From contig CALEYW010000092.1 in NCBI GenBank assembly GCA_937927945.1, positions 25,469 through 89,468 of the forward strand: a stretch of 64,000 nt of DNA, read 5' to 3'. This document shows positions 1-9,006 of this stretch, piece after piece. The notes beneath the pieces are model-generated. The model had not been told where the DNA came from, made no database searches, and saw only the letters and a list, made by a program, of their open reading frames with translations. The number at the start of each line of letters is the position of its first letter. The first letter of the stretch is position 1. Source of the DNA: an uncultured candidate division WPS-2 bacterium (GTDB lineage: Bacteria; Vulcanimicrobiota; Vulcanimicrobiia; Vulcanimicrobiales; Vulcanimicrobiaceae). The position numbers and the translations under genes are program-made.

Positions 1-1
1 C

Positions 2-418
2 GTCGAGCGCGGCCGGCAGGCCAAGCTCGCGATTCGCGGAGTCAGCATGCTGCCGCTCCTGGGCGAGCCGATGACGATCGACGTCGAAGCGCTGCGGCAC
101 CCCGCGCGCGTCGGGGACGTGCTGGTCTTCCGCGCCGGCGACACGTACGTCGCGCACCGCGTGCTGCGCCGCTTCGGCGAGCGGTACGTCACCGGCGGCG
201 ACGCGTATCCCGAGATCGTCGAGCACGTCGATTCCGCCGACGTGCTCGGCCGCGTCAGCGCGGTCTGGAGCGACGCTCGTCCCGGCGCGGTGCGCATCGA
301 CACCGCGTTCCATCGTCTGCGCGGACTGCTCTATGCGCGGGCGCGCCCCGCGCGGCTCGCCGTCCGCGGCGTTGTGGGTCGCGCGCTGCGCCTGTGCCGG
401 CCGAAGGAGATCCACTGA
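2..418 (+). CDS. S24/S26-family (signal-peptidase-like) serine peptidase, 5'-truncated by the window edge
   Basis: The frame is open from nt 2. 'RGVSMLPLL' resembles the catalytic-Ser box (G-x-S-M-x-P) and 'VAHRV' the Lys box of S26/S24 peptidases. The stop TGA at 416-418 overlaps the next ATG (TGATG). Confidence 0.5.
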   Translation, partial: VERGRQAKLAIRGVSMLPLLGEPMTIDVEALRHPARVGDVLVFRAGDTYVAHRVLRRFGERYVTGGDAYPEIVEHVDSADVLGRVSAVWSDARPGAVRIDTAFHRLRGLLYARARPARLAVRGVVGRALRLCRPKEIH

Positions 419-684
419 TGCACGAGTGGTCCAAACCGATCGCGATCGACGGCCTCGAAGTCCGCCGCACCGGGCTCGACGTCATCGTGCACGACCCGCA
501 ACACGAGAAGATCCATATCCTCAACCGCTCGGCGGGTGCCGTCCTCGACCTGTGCGACGGCGAGCACGATCCCGCGCAGATCGCGTCGTTGGTTCGTGCC
601 GGAATGGACGTGCCGCAGGAGCGCGTGCTGAGCGACGTTTTGGCAACGCTCGATACGTTTCGCCGGCTGCGGTTCGTGCGGTGA
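418..684 (+). CDS. PqqD-family protein (RiPP recognition element-like)
   Basis: 'KIHILNRSAGAVLDLCDGEHDPAQIASLV' is the typical PqqD/RRE core. AAGGAGA lies 7 nt upstream of the ATG at 418. The gene is about 88 aa. Confidence 0.7.
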   Translation: MHEWSKPIAIDGLEVRRTGLDVIVHDPQHEKIHILNRSAGAVLDLCDGEHDPAQIASLVRAGMDVPQERVLSDVLATLDTFRRLRFVR

Positions 685-711
685 CCGCAGCGCGGGACGG
701 CAAGGTCGCGG

Positions 712-1941
712 GTGTCGTCGTCCCTCGTTGAGGTTCGCGCGGCGATCGTTGATCTGGTCGTCGGGGACGCGGACCACGCGGCGCGAGCCGCCGCCCGCCT
801 CACGGAGATCGGCGGCTGGGATACCGCGTTGCCGCAAGCCGCGCGCTGGGGCGTGATCGCGCTGCTGCACGCGCGGCTGGACGACGCGAGCGCGCCGCCT
901 GCCGACGTGCTCGCGACGCTGCGCGCCGAAGCGCTGCGCGGCGTGCTGCGCTCGCGCGAGGTCGTCGAGCGCGGCCTAGAGGTGCTGTGCCTGTTCGAGG
1001 CGGCGGGGATCGACGCGATCGCGATCAAGGGCGTCGGCGCAATCGGCACGCTCGGCGGACGTGCCGCCGCGCGGACGACCATGGACCTCGACGTGGTGGT
1101 GCGCGAGTGCGATGCGGCTGCGGCGCGGGCGCTGCTCCGCGATCACGGCTTTTGCGAGATCAACCCGCCGTTCGAGCGGCACATGGCGGACATCGCGCTG
1201 AGCCGAGAGCTTCACAACGTCGCGCGCACGTTACGCAAGGGTCAGCTCGAGGTCGACATCCACTGGCGCTTCGGGCCGCGACCGCCGGCCGCGCTCGCGC
1301 CCGAGCGCCTCATCGCGCGGGCCGGCGACGTCACGGTCGGCGCAGCGACGTTTCGTGCGGCGCATCCGGTCGACGCAGTCCTGATCGCCGTCCACCACGC
1401 GCTGCGTAGCGGGTTCGTGCCGCAAAACACCGTGCGTGACCTGTGCGACCTCGCGGCGTGGTGGGAAGACGGCCGCGCCCCGGCGGCGCTCGATGAGCTC
1501 ATCGATACGGCGCGCCGAAGCGGCCTCGCAACGTCGCTCCTCGCTTTGTGGGACACCGTGCTGCGACGCGCACCGCTGCATCCGCTGCGCGAAGGCTACG
1601 ATCGGCTCGCCGCAACGCTGGACCGCAACGCGCGCGCCGAGGCCGTGCTCTTGGAACGGCATCTCGAGCACACGCTCCGCCACGGGAATCCGGCGCGATT
1701 CACGCTCGAGGTCTTCGCTCCGCGGGTCTACGCGCGTTGGCTGGTGGGCGCGCTCGCCCAAACGCTCCATCCCGCGCCGGCCGGCGAGCACGGCGGCGCG
1801 CCGTTGCCCGAACGCCGGCCGCTCGCGCGGCGCATCGCCAACCTGCCGGTGCGCTGCTGGCGCATCGTGTGCGAGCTGGCGCGCGTCGAGCGCATTCCGT
1901 CGTATCGCGCCGTCGCACGGGCGCAGAGCCGTTTCCACTGA
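712..1941 (+). CDS. Uncharacterised nucleotidyltransferase family protein (NTP_transf_5-like)
   Basis: 'IKGVGA...RTTMDLDVVVRECDAAAARALLRDHGF...LEVDIHWRF' matches the KG...DxD...DxHW signature of the NTP_transf_5 family, which often neighbours PqqD/lasso-type genes. The start is GTG. Confidence 0.6.
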   Translation: MSSSLVEVRAAIVDLVVGDADHAARAAARLTEIGGWDTALPQAARWGVIALLHARLDDASAPPADVLATLRAEALRGVLRSREVVERGLEVLCLFEAAGIDAIAIKGVGAIGTLGGRAAARTTMDLDVVVRECDAAAARALLRDHGFCEINPPFERHMADIALSRELHNVARTLRKGQLEVDIHWRFGPRPPAALAPERLIARAGDVTVGAATFRAAHPVDAVLIAVHHALRSGFVPQNTVRDLCDLAAWWEDGRAPAALDELIDTARRSGLATSLLALWDTVLRRAPLHPLREGYDRLAATLDRNARAEAVLLERHLEHTLRHGNPARFTLEVFAPRVYARWLVGALAQTLHPAPAGEHGGAPLPERRPLARRIANLPVRCWRIVCELARVERIPSYRAVARAQSRFH

Positions 1942-1947
1942 GGCAGA

Positions 1948-2661
1948 TCACGCGACGCGCCGGCTCAGTTTTCCGAGCGCGCGCGCGAGCAGCTTCGAGA
2001 CGTGACTCTGCGAGAGGCCGAGCCGCTCGCCGATTTCGGTCTGCGTGAGCCCGGCTCCGTACGTACCGAGCACGATGGCGCGTTCGCGCTCGCCGAGCTC
2101 CGCCAATGCGACAGCGATCGCGACCCGCTCCTCGATGGCGAGTCCGGTGCGCCGATCGGCCAGCAGCTCGACGCGCTCGGGACCGCCGGACGAGCCGGGC
2201 TCGGGCAACGATACGTGATCCGCCCTGCGAAGGCTGCGCAGTTCGGCGATGACGTCGATACTGACGCCCAGTGCTGCGGCCATCTCCGCCGCGGCCGGCT
2301 CGCGGTGCCGCTCCGCGCAGAACGCGTCCCACGCGTCGACGTATCGTTTTTCGAGCGCGCGCAGCGGGCGCGGGATGCGCACCAGACGCTCGTGATCTCG
2401 CACGTAGTGCATCAGCTCGCCGACGATCATGATCCAGGCGTACGCCTCGAAAGGCGTCAGCAGCTCGGCGCGGTAGCAATGGGCTGCCTTGATGAGGCCG
2501 ACCGCCGCGACTTGCTCGAGATCGGCCCGATCGTTGCCGCTCCGTTTGAACTTCTTCGCGGCACGGACGCACAGGTGGCGGAACGCTCCGACGACGGCGT
2601 TGCGACGGTCGATCGAACGTTCGGAACAATACCGTGCGACGGCTTGCTCCCGGTCATTCAT
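1948..2661 (-). CDS. Group-3 sigma-70 family RNA polymerase sigma factor (SigB/F/G- or FliA-like)
   Basis: Region 2 is recognisable ('DLEQVAAVGLIKAAHCYRAE...FEAYAWIMIVGELMHYVRD'), as are region 3 and the region 4 HTH ('LTQTEIGERLGLSQSHVSKLLARAL'). Its ATG overlaps the pilC stop (ATGA). Confidence 0.85.
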   Translation of the reverse strand: MNDREQAVARYCSERSIDRRNAVVGAFRHLCVRAAKKFKRSGNDRADLEQVAAVGLIKAAHCYRAELLTPFEAYAWIMIVGELMHYVRDHERLVRIPRPLRALEKRYVDAWDAFCAERHREPAAAEMAAALGVSIDVIAELRSLRRADHVSLPEPGSSGGPERVELLADRRTGLAIEERVAIAVALAELGERERAIVLGTYGAGLTQTEIGERLGLSQSHVSKLLARALGKLSRRVA

Positions 2662-3884
2662 TTTGAAATGCTCCCGATGAGGCTGTAGAGGGGGATGAAA
2701 ACCGAGAACACGATGAATCCGACGACGAGTCCTAAACCGCCGATCAGCGCCGGCTCGATCGCCGCACCCATCGTCGCGATCGCCGCCTCGACGTCGGCTT
2801 CGAAGTAGACGGCGACTTTCAGCAGCATGTCATCGAGCAGGCCGGTCTCCTCGCCGATGCCGATGAGCGCCACCGCAAGCGAATCGAAGATGCGGGAAGC
2901 CACGAGCGCAGCGGTCAGAGCGCCGCCTTCGCGGACGCTCCGGTCGACACGCTCGAGCGCCGCTTCGTAGACCGGACTTCCGGCGACCGGGCGAACGACT
3001 TCGATCGCGGAGACCAGTTCGACGCCGGCGCGCAGCAGCGTCGCGAGCATGCGCGCGAGGCGCGCCGTGATCGCCTTGTGCAAGAGCGGACCGAGAATCG
3101 GGATGGAGAGCCGCACGCGATCCGCCAGCCGGGCTCCCGGCGCGGTGCGTGCTGACCAGAGCGTTGCGGCGAGCGCCGCGCAGAGTGCGATGCTCCCCGC
3201 GATCCAGATCGACGGACGTTGCATGGCCGCCGCGGTATCGAGGAGCAACCGGGTCGACGGCGGCACGTCGACGTGGAAGGCATCGAACATCTGCGCGAAC
3301 ATCGGAACGATGCGGACCAGGAGGAAGACGGTCAAAACGACGGCGGCCGTGACGACGACGAGCGGATAGGCCAGCGCCGCGCGGACTTTCTTTCGCAAAT
3401 CCGCTTCGCGCTCGAGCATCGTCGCGAGGCGCTCGAGGACCTCGTCGAGGATCCCGCCGGTCTCACCGGCCCGAATCATGGCCACGTAGAGGGGCGGAAA
3501 CACCCGCGGCCGGCGGCCGAAGGCGTCGCTCAGCGATATCCCACGCTCGATATCGGCCAAGATCGATCGAAGCGCTTCCGCCAGCGCTCCGTCGGACGCG
3601 CGGCCGATCGTGACGTCGAGCGAGCGCCGCAGCGGGACGCCGGCCCGCAGCAACGTTGCGAACGAACGGAAGAATGCGAGCAAAGCCCGGCGCGACGGGC
3701 GACCGACGTGCAGTGACGCCGCGACGCTTCGCGAGAGTCCGGCCTCCGGCTCGACCGCGGTGATGAAAAGCGCCCGCGTGCGGAGGCTGTCCAAGACCTC
3801 GTCGACGGAGCCTGCTTCGATGCGGCCGCGCACGAGTTCGCCGTGCGCAGTCCGTGCCCGGTAACGATACAGCGTCCCGTTCAC
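2658..3884 (-). CDS. pilC: Type II secretion / type IV pilus platform protein (GspF/PilC family)
   Basis: Two T2SSF repeats are present ('AFFRSFATLLRAGVPL', 'RMLATLLRAGVEL') with three hydrophobic segments. The start overlaps the pilT stop. Confidence 0.85.
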   Translation of the reverse strand: MNGTLYRYRARTAHGELVRGRIEAGSVDEVLDSLRTRALFITAVEPEAGLSRSVAASLHVGRPSRRALLAFFRSFATLLRAGVPLRRSLDVTIGRASDGALAEALRSILADIERGISLSDAFGRRPRVFPPLYVAMIRAGETGGILDEVLERLATMLEREADLRKKVRAALAYPLVVVTAAVVLTVFLLVRIVPMFAQMFDAFHVDVPPSTRLLLDTAAAMQRPSIWIAGSIALCAALAATLWSARTAPGARLADRVRLSIPILGPLLHKAITARLARMLATLLRAGVELVSAIEVVRPVAGSPVYEAALERVDRSVREGGALTAALVASRIFDSLAVALIGIGEETGLLDDMLLKVAVYFEADVEAAIATMGAAIEPALIGGLGLVVGFIVFSVFIPLYSLIGSISK

Positions 3885-4957
3885 GACGCGCTCAGCCGGA
3901 GGTCGCGCACCTCGGCGCCGTGATTGGTCGCGGCCTGCGCATCGCTCAGGGCGATTTCGCCGCGCATCACCAGCTCCGAGAGGTGGGTCTCCAAAGTCTG
4001 CATGCCGTGCGCGCGGCCAGTGACGATCGCGTTGCGGAGCTGGTGCGTCTTTCCTTCGCGGATGAGCGCGCGCACCGCGTCGGTCCCGACCATCACCTCG
4101 GCGGCGACGCGCCGGCCGCCGCCTTCTCGACGCACGAGCCGGAGCGCCGCAATGCCGGCCAGCACGGCCGCAAGCTGCGAACGGACTTGCGCGTGGGCAT
4201 CCGGGGGAAACGCGTCGACGATTCGGTCGATCGTCTGGGCTGCGTCGTTGGTGTGCAGCGTGGCGAGCACGAGGTGTCCCGTCTCCGCTGCCGTGAGGGC
4301 TGCTTCGATCGTCGCGCGATCGCGCATTTCCCCGATGACGATCACGTCCGGGTCAGCCCGCATGAAGCCTCGCAGCGCCTCGGCGAAGTCGCTCACGTCA
4401 CGCCCGACCTGCGTATGCGTCACGACCGAACGCATCGACCGGTGGACGTACTCGATCGGGTCTTCCACGGTGACGACGTGACGTTCCGAGGTGCGGTTGA
4501 TGCGGTCGACCAGAGCGGCGAGCGCCGTCGTCTTGCCGCATCCGGTGGGTCCGGTGAAGAGCGCGAGGCCCGACGCACGCTGCGCGAGGGCGTTCACCGC
4601 GCTCGGCAGGCCGAGCTCGTCCAATGTCGGCACCCGCACGGCAAGGAGGCGGATCGCAACGCGAATCCCGCCATCGTGCCGGTACGCGTGGATGCGATAC
4701 GGTCCGCCGTCAGCCTCACGCGCAGCCGCGCCGTCGGCGGTCCCGCGCGCGTCGAGACGCGCACGCTGATCGGCACAGAGTACGGTCGCCAGGAAGCCGC
4801 GCACCGCCGCGTCCTCGATCGGCCGCACGTCGGTCGCCACGAGGCGTCCGTCGATCCGCAGTGCGGGCGGTTCGTTTCCGCCAAAATGGACGTCGGTGGC
4901 GTTCCGGCCCCGTGCCCCACCGATGAGGTCTTGCACGCGAATTGCGTCGAGGCTCAT
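3881..4957 (-). CDS. pilT: Type IV pilus retraction ATPase PilT family
   Basis: Motifs seen: Walker A 'GPTGCGKTT', 'VITVEDPIEY', 'MRADPDVIVIGEMRD', 'TGHLVLATLHTNDA' and an AIRNLIREGK-like 'ALIREGKTHQLRN'. I prefer the ATG at 4957 (ATGA overlap with the pilB stop). The alternative ATG is at 4972. Confidence 0.85.
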   Translation of the reverse strand: MSLDAIRVQDLIGGARGRNATDVHFGGNEPPALRIDGRLVATDVRPIEDAAVRGFLATVLCADQRARLDARGTADGAAAREADGGPYRIHAYRHDGGIRVAIRLLAVRVPTLDELGLPSAVNALAQRASGLALFTGPTGCGKTTALAALVDRINRTSERHVVTVEDPIEYVHRSMRSVVTHTQVGRDVSDFAEALRGFMRADPDVIVIGEMRDRATIEAALTAAETGHLVLATLHTNDAAQTIDRIVDAFPPDAHAQVRSQLAAVLAGIAALRLVRREGGGRRVAAEVMVGTDAVRALIREGKTHQLRNAIVTGRAHGMQTLETHLSELVMRGEIALSDAQAATNHGAEVRDLRLSAS

Positions 4958-6420
4958 CGGCGGGCGGGCCAAGCGACGACGCGCGCGATCTCATCGAACG
5001 TCGTGACGCCCCGGAGGAGCTTTTCCACCGCGTCCTCGGCCATCGACCGGTAGGCGTTGCGTGACGCCAACTGCGCGACCGTAACGCTCGAAGCACCGCT
5101 CGCGATGGCGTCGCGCACCGCATCGTCGACGTCCATCAATTCGTAGACGCCGACGCGGCCGATATATCCGGACCCGGCGCACGTTCGGCACCCGCCGGCG
5201 AGGTACCAATGGTCTTGCTGCGTGCCGAGCGCTTCACGGACGCCGAGCGGGATCGACGCAACGACACGGCACTGTTCGCACAGCGTCCGCACCAGCCGTT
5301 GCGCGACCACGGCGGTGAGGGCCGCCGCCAGCGAGTGCCGCGCCACGCCCAGTTCCGTGAGCCGATCGATCGTTCGCGGCGCGTCGTTCGCGTGCAGGGT
5401 GGTGAACACGATCTGACCGGCGAGCGCCGCGGAAACCGCGACGGCCGCCGTCTCAGCGTCACGCATCTCGCCGACCATGACGGCATTCGTGTCCTGCCGC
5501 ATGAAGGAGCGCAGCACGACCGGAAAGGTCAACCCGGAGCGCGCGTTCACTTGGACTTGCGAGATGTTCGACAGCCGCATCTCGATCGGATCTTCAACCG
5601 AAGCGACGTTGCGGGAAACGGCATCGAGCTGAGCGAGCGAGGCGTACAGGGTGGTCGTCTTTCCGCTCCCGGTCGGGCCGGAGACGACGACGAAGCCCCA
5701 GGGTGCCGCGACGATGCTCCGGTAGCGCTCGAGGATCGCCGCCGGCATCCCGAGCGTCGCGAGATCGGGGGCGGCAGCGTAGCGATCCAACAAACGCACG
5801 ACGAGTTTCTCACCGTCGATCGTGGGGACCGACGAGACCCGTGCGTCGATTTCGCGCTGCTCGAACGGGATGCCGCAGCGTCCGTCTTGCGGCTGACGGC
5901 GGTCGGCGATATCGAGTCCAGCGAGCAGTTTCAGCCGCGAGGAGAAGGCGGGAAAGAGCTCCGCGGGAATCGCCTCGAGTTCGCGCAGCACGCCGTCGAC
6001 CCGGTAGCGGACGCGTCCGCCGCCGCCGGCCATCGGTTCGATGTGGATGTCGCTGGCATGTCCGGCGATCGCACGCGCGAAGACGAGGTCGACGCTGCGA
6101 ACTGCGGGCGCGTCGGCGCTGCGATTGCGTTCGACCTCGCGCGGCTGCGCTTCGCCGTACGCTGCCCGCAGATTCTCGCGAATTGCGTCGCGCGCCATCG
6201 GCAACGGACGAATTCGCATCCGCGTTGCGGCGCGAAGCGTGTCCAGAACCTCGGCGTCATCGGGATCGGGGACGGCGATGACGAGCGTGCCGTCGACGAC
6301 GTTCAGCGGGAGAACGTCGTGGCGGAAAGCCAGCGCGCGCGGGACCCGCGCAACCGCTTCCGGCAGCGATGAGAATCCGAAGGCCGGTGCCGGAGAAGAA
6401 GAGGAACGCGAAAGCGCCAT
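4954..6420 (-). CDS. pilB: GspE/PilB-family type II/IV secretion assembly ATPase
   Basis: There is an N-terminal T2SSE_N-like domain, Walker A 'GPTGSGKTT', 'MRQDTNAVMVGEMRD', 'VFTTLHANDA' and the tetracysteine 'CEQC...CRTCAGSG'. Confidence 0.85.
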   Translation of the reverse strand: MALSRSSSSPAPAFGFSSLPEAVARVPRALAFRHDVLPLNVVDGTLVIAVPDPDDAEVLDTLRAATRMRIRPLPMARDAIRENLRAAYGEAQPREVERNRSADAPAVRSVDLVFARAIAGHASDIHIEPMAGGGGRVRYRVDGVLRELEAIPAELFPAFSSRLKLLAGLDIADRRQPQDGRCGIPFEQREIDARVSSVPTIDGEKLVVRLLDRYAAAPDLATLGMPAAILERYRSIVAAPWGFVVVSGPTGSGKTTTLYASLAQLDAVSRNVASVEDPIEMRLSNISQVQVNARSGLTFPVVLRSFMRQDTNAVMVGEMRDAETAAVAVSAALAGQIVFTTLHANDAPRTIDRLTELGVARHSLAAALTAVVAQRLVRTLCEQCRVVASIPLGVREALGTQQDHWYLAGGCRTCAGSGYIGRVGVYELMDVDDAVRDAIASGASSVTVAQLASRNAYRSMAEDAVEKLLRGVTTFDEIARVVAWPARR

Positions 6421-6545
6421 GCCGGTGCGGTGACCTCAGAGGGACGAAGAAACCGGGTCACTCGACGGACGCTACACCCATCGCGCCACCGGCCTTGGTC
6501 AGAAATCGGAAACACGCCGGCAAAGTAGAGGCAACATTTCAGGGG

Positions 6546-6580
6546 AAAGCTTAAATTTTCTTAACCTACGATAATCTGCA
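6546..6580. promoter_or_regulatory. AT-rich island in the divergent pilB/yjbQ intergenic region (candidate promoter region)
   Basis: This is the only strongly AT-rich stretch nearby ('aagcttaaattttcttaacctacgataatc'). It contains a -10-like GATAAT at 6570-6575 on the + strand. No transcript evidence exists. Confidence 0.25.
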
Positions 6581-6656
6581 TGCTACGACCGGATAGCGAA
6601 TGCCGCGACATGGGATGCACCGCCGGTGCCTGCCGACGGGCAAGATACGGAGCGAG

Positions 6657-7085
6657 ATGACCGTTACGCACACCGAATACCTGACGATTCGCACCGAGCG
6701 GCGCTACGAGATCCGCGACATCACGGGTGAGGTGGAACGTGTCCGCGCGGCGGCCGGATTGTGGGACGGATTCGTGCTCGTCAGCACAATGCACATCACG
6801 TCCAGCATCTTCGTGAACGATCACGAGTCGGGGCTGTGGCACGACATCATGACGTGGCTCGAGGGCCTCGCGCCCACAGGTCTCGACTACGAGCACCATC
6901 TGACCGGTGAAGACAACGCGGACGCGCACCTCAAGCGCATGATCCTCGGGCATCAAGTGATCGTGCCCGTGACGAACGGCACGCTCGATCTCGGCCCATG
7001 GGAGCGCGTGCACTACGGCGAGTTCGACGGTCAGCGTTCGAAGCGCGTCGTGCTCAAAGTGTTCGGCGTGCTGGCGCCGGCGTAG
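6657..7085 (+). CDS. yjbQ: YjbQ/UPF0047 family protein (secondary thiamine-phosphate synthase enzyme)
   Basis: 'VLVSTMHITSSIFVNDHESGLWHD...HLKRMILGHQVIVPVTNGTLDLGPWERVHYGEFDG' is the characteristic UPF0047 sequence. The internal ATG at 6657 gives the usual length of about 140 aa. Confidence 0.85.
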   Translation: MTVTHTEYLTIRTERRYEIRDITGEVERVRAAAGLWDGFVLVSTMHITSSIFVNDHESGLWHDIMTWLEGLAPTGLDYEHHLTGEDNADAHLKRMILGHQVIVPVTNGTLDLGPWERVHYGEFDGQRSKRVVLKVFGVLAPA

Positions 7086-7106
7086 CGCGCCTGGCGAGGC
7101 GCGTTT
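7086..7106 (+). terminator. Possible intrinsic terminator after yjbQ
   Basis: A 7-bp GC stem (CGCGCCT/AGGCGCG) with a 4-nt loop is followed by TTT. It lies between convergent genes. Confidence 0.3.
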
Positions 7107-7136
7107 CGGAACAGGCTTCCGCCGCGCCCTGCCGGT

Positions 7137-8840
7137 TCAGAGCATGGTGCGTCGTGCCTCCTCGTTGCGCGCCCAGTAGGAGCGCAGGTTTGCCGCGTGG
7201 CCGGCGACGTGGCCGTGGAGGCCCTCGAGCAGCGCGACTTCGTCGTCGCTCAAGTCGGGGTGCCAGAGATCGACGATGAAGACGACGCGTTCGCGGTCGC
7301 TGTCGTTCCACGCGTCGTGGACGAACGCGTCGTCGAAGACGATGCAGCGGCCCGGCGTCCACGTGCCGGGAACGTCGCCGACGGTGAGCCCGCAGTCGGA
7401 CGGCACCTCGAGCGCGAGGTGGACACGCAAGCGCAGGTTCGTCGGCCCCGCGTGCGGCACGATGCGCGTGTGCGGAGCGAGCCGCGAGAAGTACGCAAGT
7501 CCGGCGGGACCGCGCACGATGCGATGCCGTTCGATCGCCGCGGCCGTCACCGGGCATCGCGCGTAGACCTCGTCGTTGCGCAGGCCGCGTTCGTAGAGCA
7601 GCGAGACGTCCCAGTTCCCGAGGCGGGCGATGTTCTCGCTCTCCGCGTGGAAGGCGCCGACGTGCAGCGCCCGGCATTCGCGTGCGATCTGCGGTGCAAG
7701 CCGCTCGAGATCCGCCACGATCGGAAAGGCCGCCGGATCGTGCCACGGCCGCGCGGTCAAACCGGGATAGCGTTGCAGCGTCGCGCGCCCGGCGCCATCG
7801 CGCAGCCCCGCGACGTACGCGGCGAAGCGCGGCGGCAACGGCTGAGCCTGCGCGAGGACGCCGTGCGCTTCGAGCCGCGCATGGAGGTCGGCGGGAGTGT
7901 TCGCCTCCTGCAGCGCGGTGCGAACCCGGTCGGCGATGAATGCCCCGCGCCGTTCATCCGCGCTCGCCGCGGCGATCGCAACGTCGGCAAGCTCGCGCCA
8001 ACGTTCGAGCGAGAGGCGTTTGTCCCACGGCGTATTCCATGCGTTCAAGAGCGCGGTACCGACTCGGGCCAGAACGCCGGCGCCGGCTGCGTCGCCGGCG
8101 GCGAGGGTGGCAAGCCCCGCGAGAACGAGCGGTTCTCCGACCGCCTGCGCCGCACGCGTCGACGTCAACGCCGCGGCGTCCGGTTCGCCCGCATTCGCGA
8201 AGGCGGCGGCGTATGCCGAGAGCAGGCTCGTCTCGTCGTCGCGTTCGATGTGCAGCGTGCCGCCCTCGAAGACGGGCGGAACGATCGAGGCACGAGCGCG
8301 GCCCCACTCCGCGAGCTGCGAGATCCGGGCGAGCCACGGCGACGGCGAGCCGTCGGCGCGCGCCGCCTGTTCGGCCTCGTTCGCCATATGAAGAACGAGC
8401 AAATCGGCGGCCTCCGCCGGCGTCACGTCGATCGGCGTGGCGTGGTCACGCTGCGGCAAGCGCACCGTTGAGGCGATGTCGTCCGGCGCGGCGGCGATCG
8501 CCGAGAACAGATCGCGGCGGTCGATCGAGCAGAAGAGGAAGACCAGCCGCTCCGCATCCGCGCCCACCAGCTCGCGGACGGCCTCGCGTTCGCGCGGGTC
8601 GACCAGTGCGCGCGCGAACGAGTCCGTTGCGTAGACGCTGTGCATCAAGCCGGCCAACCTCACGCGCATCGGCTGCGCCCAGCGCTCGAGGATGGCGTGC
8701 GTGCCGGCGAGATGATGCAGTAGCGACGAGCGGCCGTGGGACAAGGCGTCGGCACCGCGCTGCGTGAGTTCCGCCAGAACGTGCCCAACGGTTTGCATGC
8801 CTGGCGATACTTCGTGGCCCGCGGAGCCGTTTCGTGCCAT
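7137..8840 (-). CDS. Aspartyl/asparaginyl beta-hydroxylase domain protein with a long N-terminal extension
   Basis: The C-terminal ~200 aa ('RLAPHTRIVPHAGPTNLRLRVHLALEVP...CIVFDDAFVHDAWNDSD') match the Asp/Asn beta-hydroxylase 2-OG oxygenase fold. The N-terminus ('LLHHLAGTHAILERW...AGLMHSVYATDSF') resembles an HD-like/DUF6817-type region. The start is uncertain: ATG at 8840 has GGAGAA 7 nt upstream, and alternatives are 8798 and 8900. Confidence 0.7.
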   Translation of the reverse strand: MARNGSAGHEVSPGMQTVGHVLAELTQRGADALSHGRSSLLHHLAGTHAILERWAQPMRVRLAGLMHSVYATDSFARALVDPREREAVRELVGADAERLVFLFCSIDRRDLFSAIAAAPDDIASTVRLPQRDHATPIDVTPAEAADLLVLHMANEAEQAARADGSPSPWLARISQLAEWGRARASIVPPVFEGGTLHIERDDETSLLSAYAAAFANAGEPDAAALTSTRAAQAVGEPLVLAGLATLAAGDAAGAGVLARVGTALLNAWNTPWDKRLSLERWRELADVAIAAASADERRGAFIADRVRTALQEANTPADLHARLEAHGVLAQAQPLPPRFAAYVAGLRDGAGRATLQRYPGLTARPWHDPAAFPIVADLERLAPQIARECRALHVGAFHAESENIARLGNWDVSLLYERGLRNDEVYARCPVTAAAIERHRIVRGPAGLAYFSRLAPHTRIVPHAGPTNLRLRVHLALEVPSDCGLTVGDVPGTWTPGRCIVFDDAFVHDAWNDSDRERVVFIVDLWHPDLSDDEVALLEGLHGHVAGHAANLRSYWARNEEARRTML

Positions 8841-9006
8841 CGGTTGCGTTCTCCAACGGTTCAACGATGCGCCTGGTTGAGATCGCGCCGACCGTTCCAC
8901 GAGGCCCGGCTGGCGAAACTTCCGTTTCTTATGAAATTCTCAGGGCACAAGGGCATAGGATACATCATGACCGGCCTATGTAGGCCGCTGGAAGGACCCC
9001 GCATTC

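Noticed and set aside
6421-6656. Possible TPP riboswitch or prepilin gene in the 236-nt pilB/yjbQ intergenic region
   Set aside because: No thi-box (CUGAGA ... ACCUGA) is present. The small ORFs there (61 and 70 aa) lack a prepilin leader or hydrophobic N-terminus and are Arg-rich.
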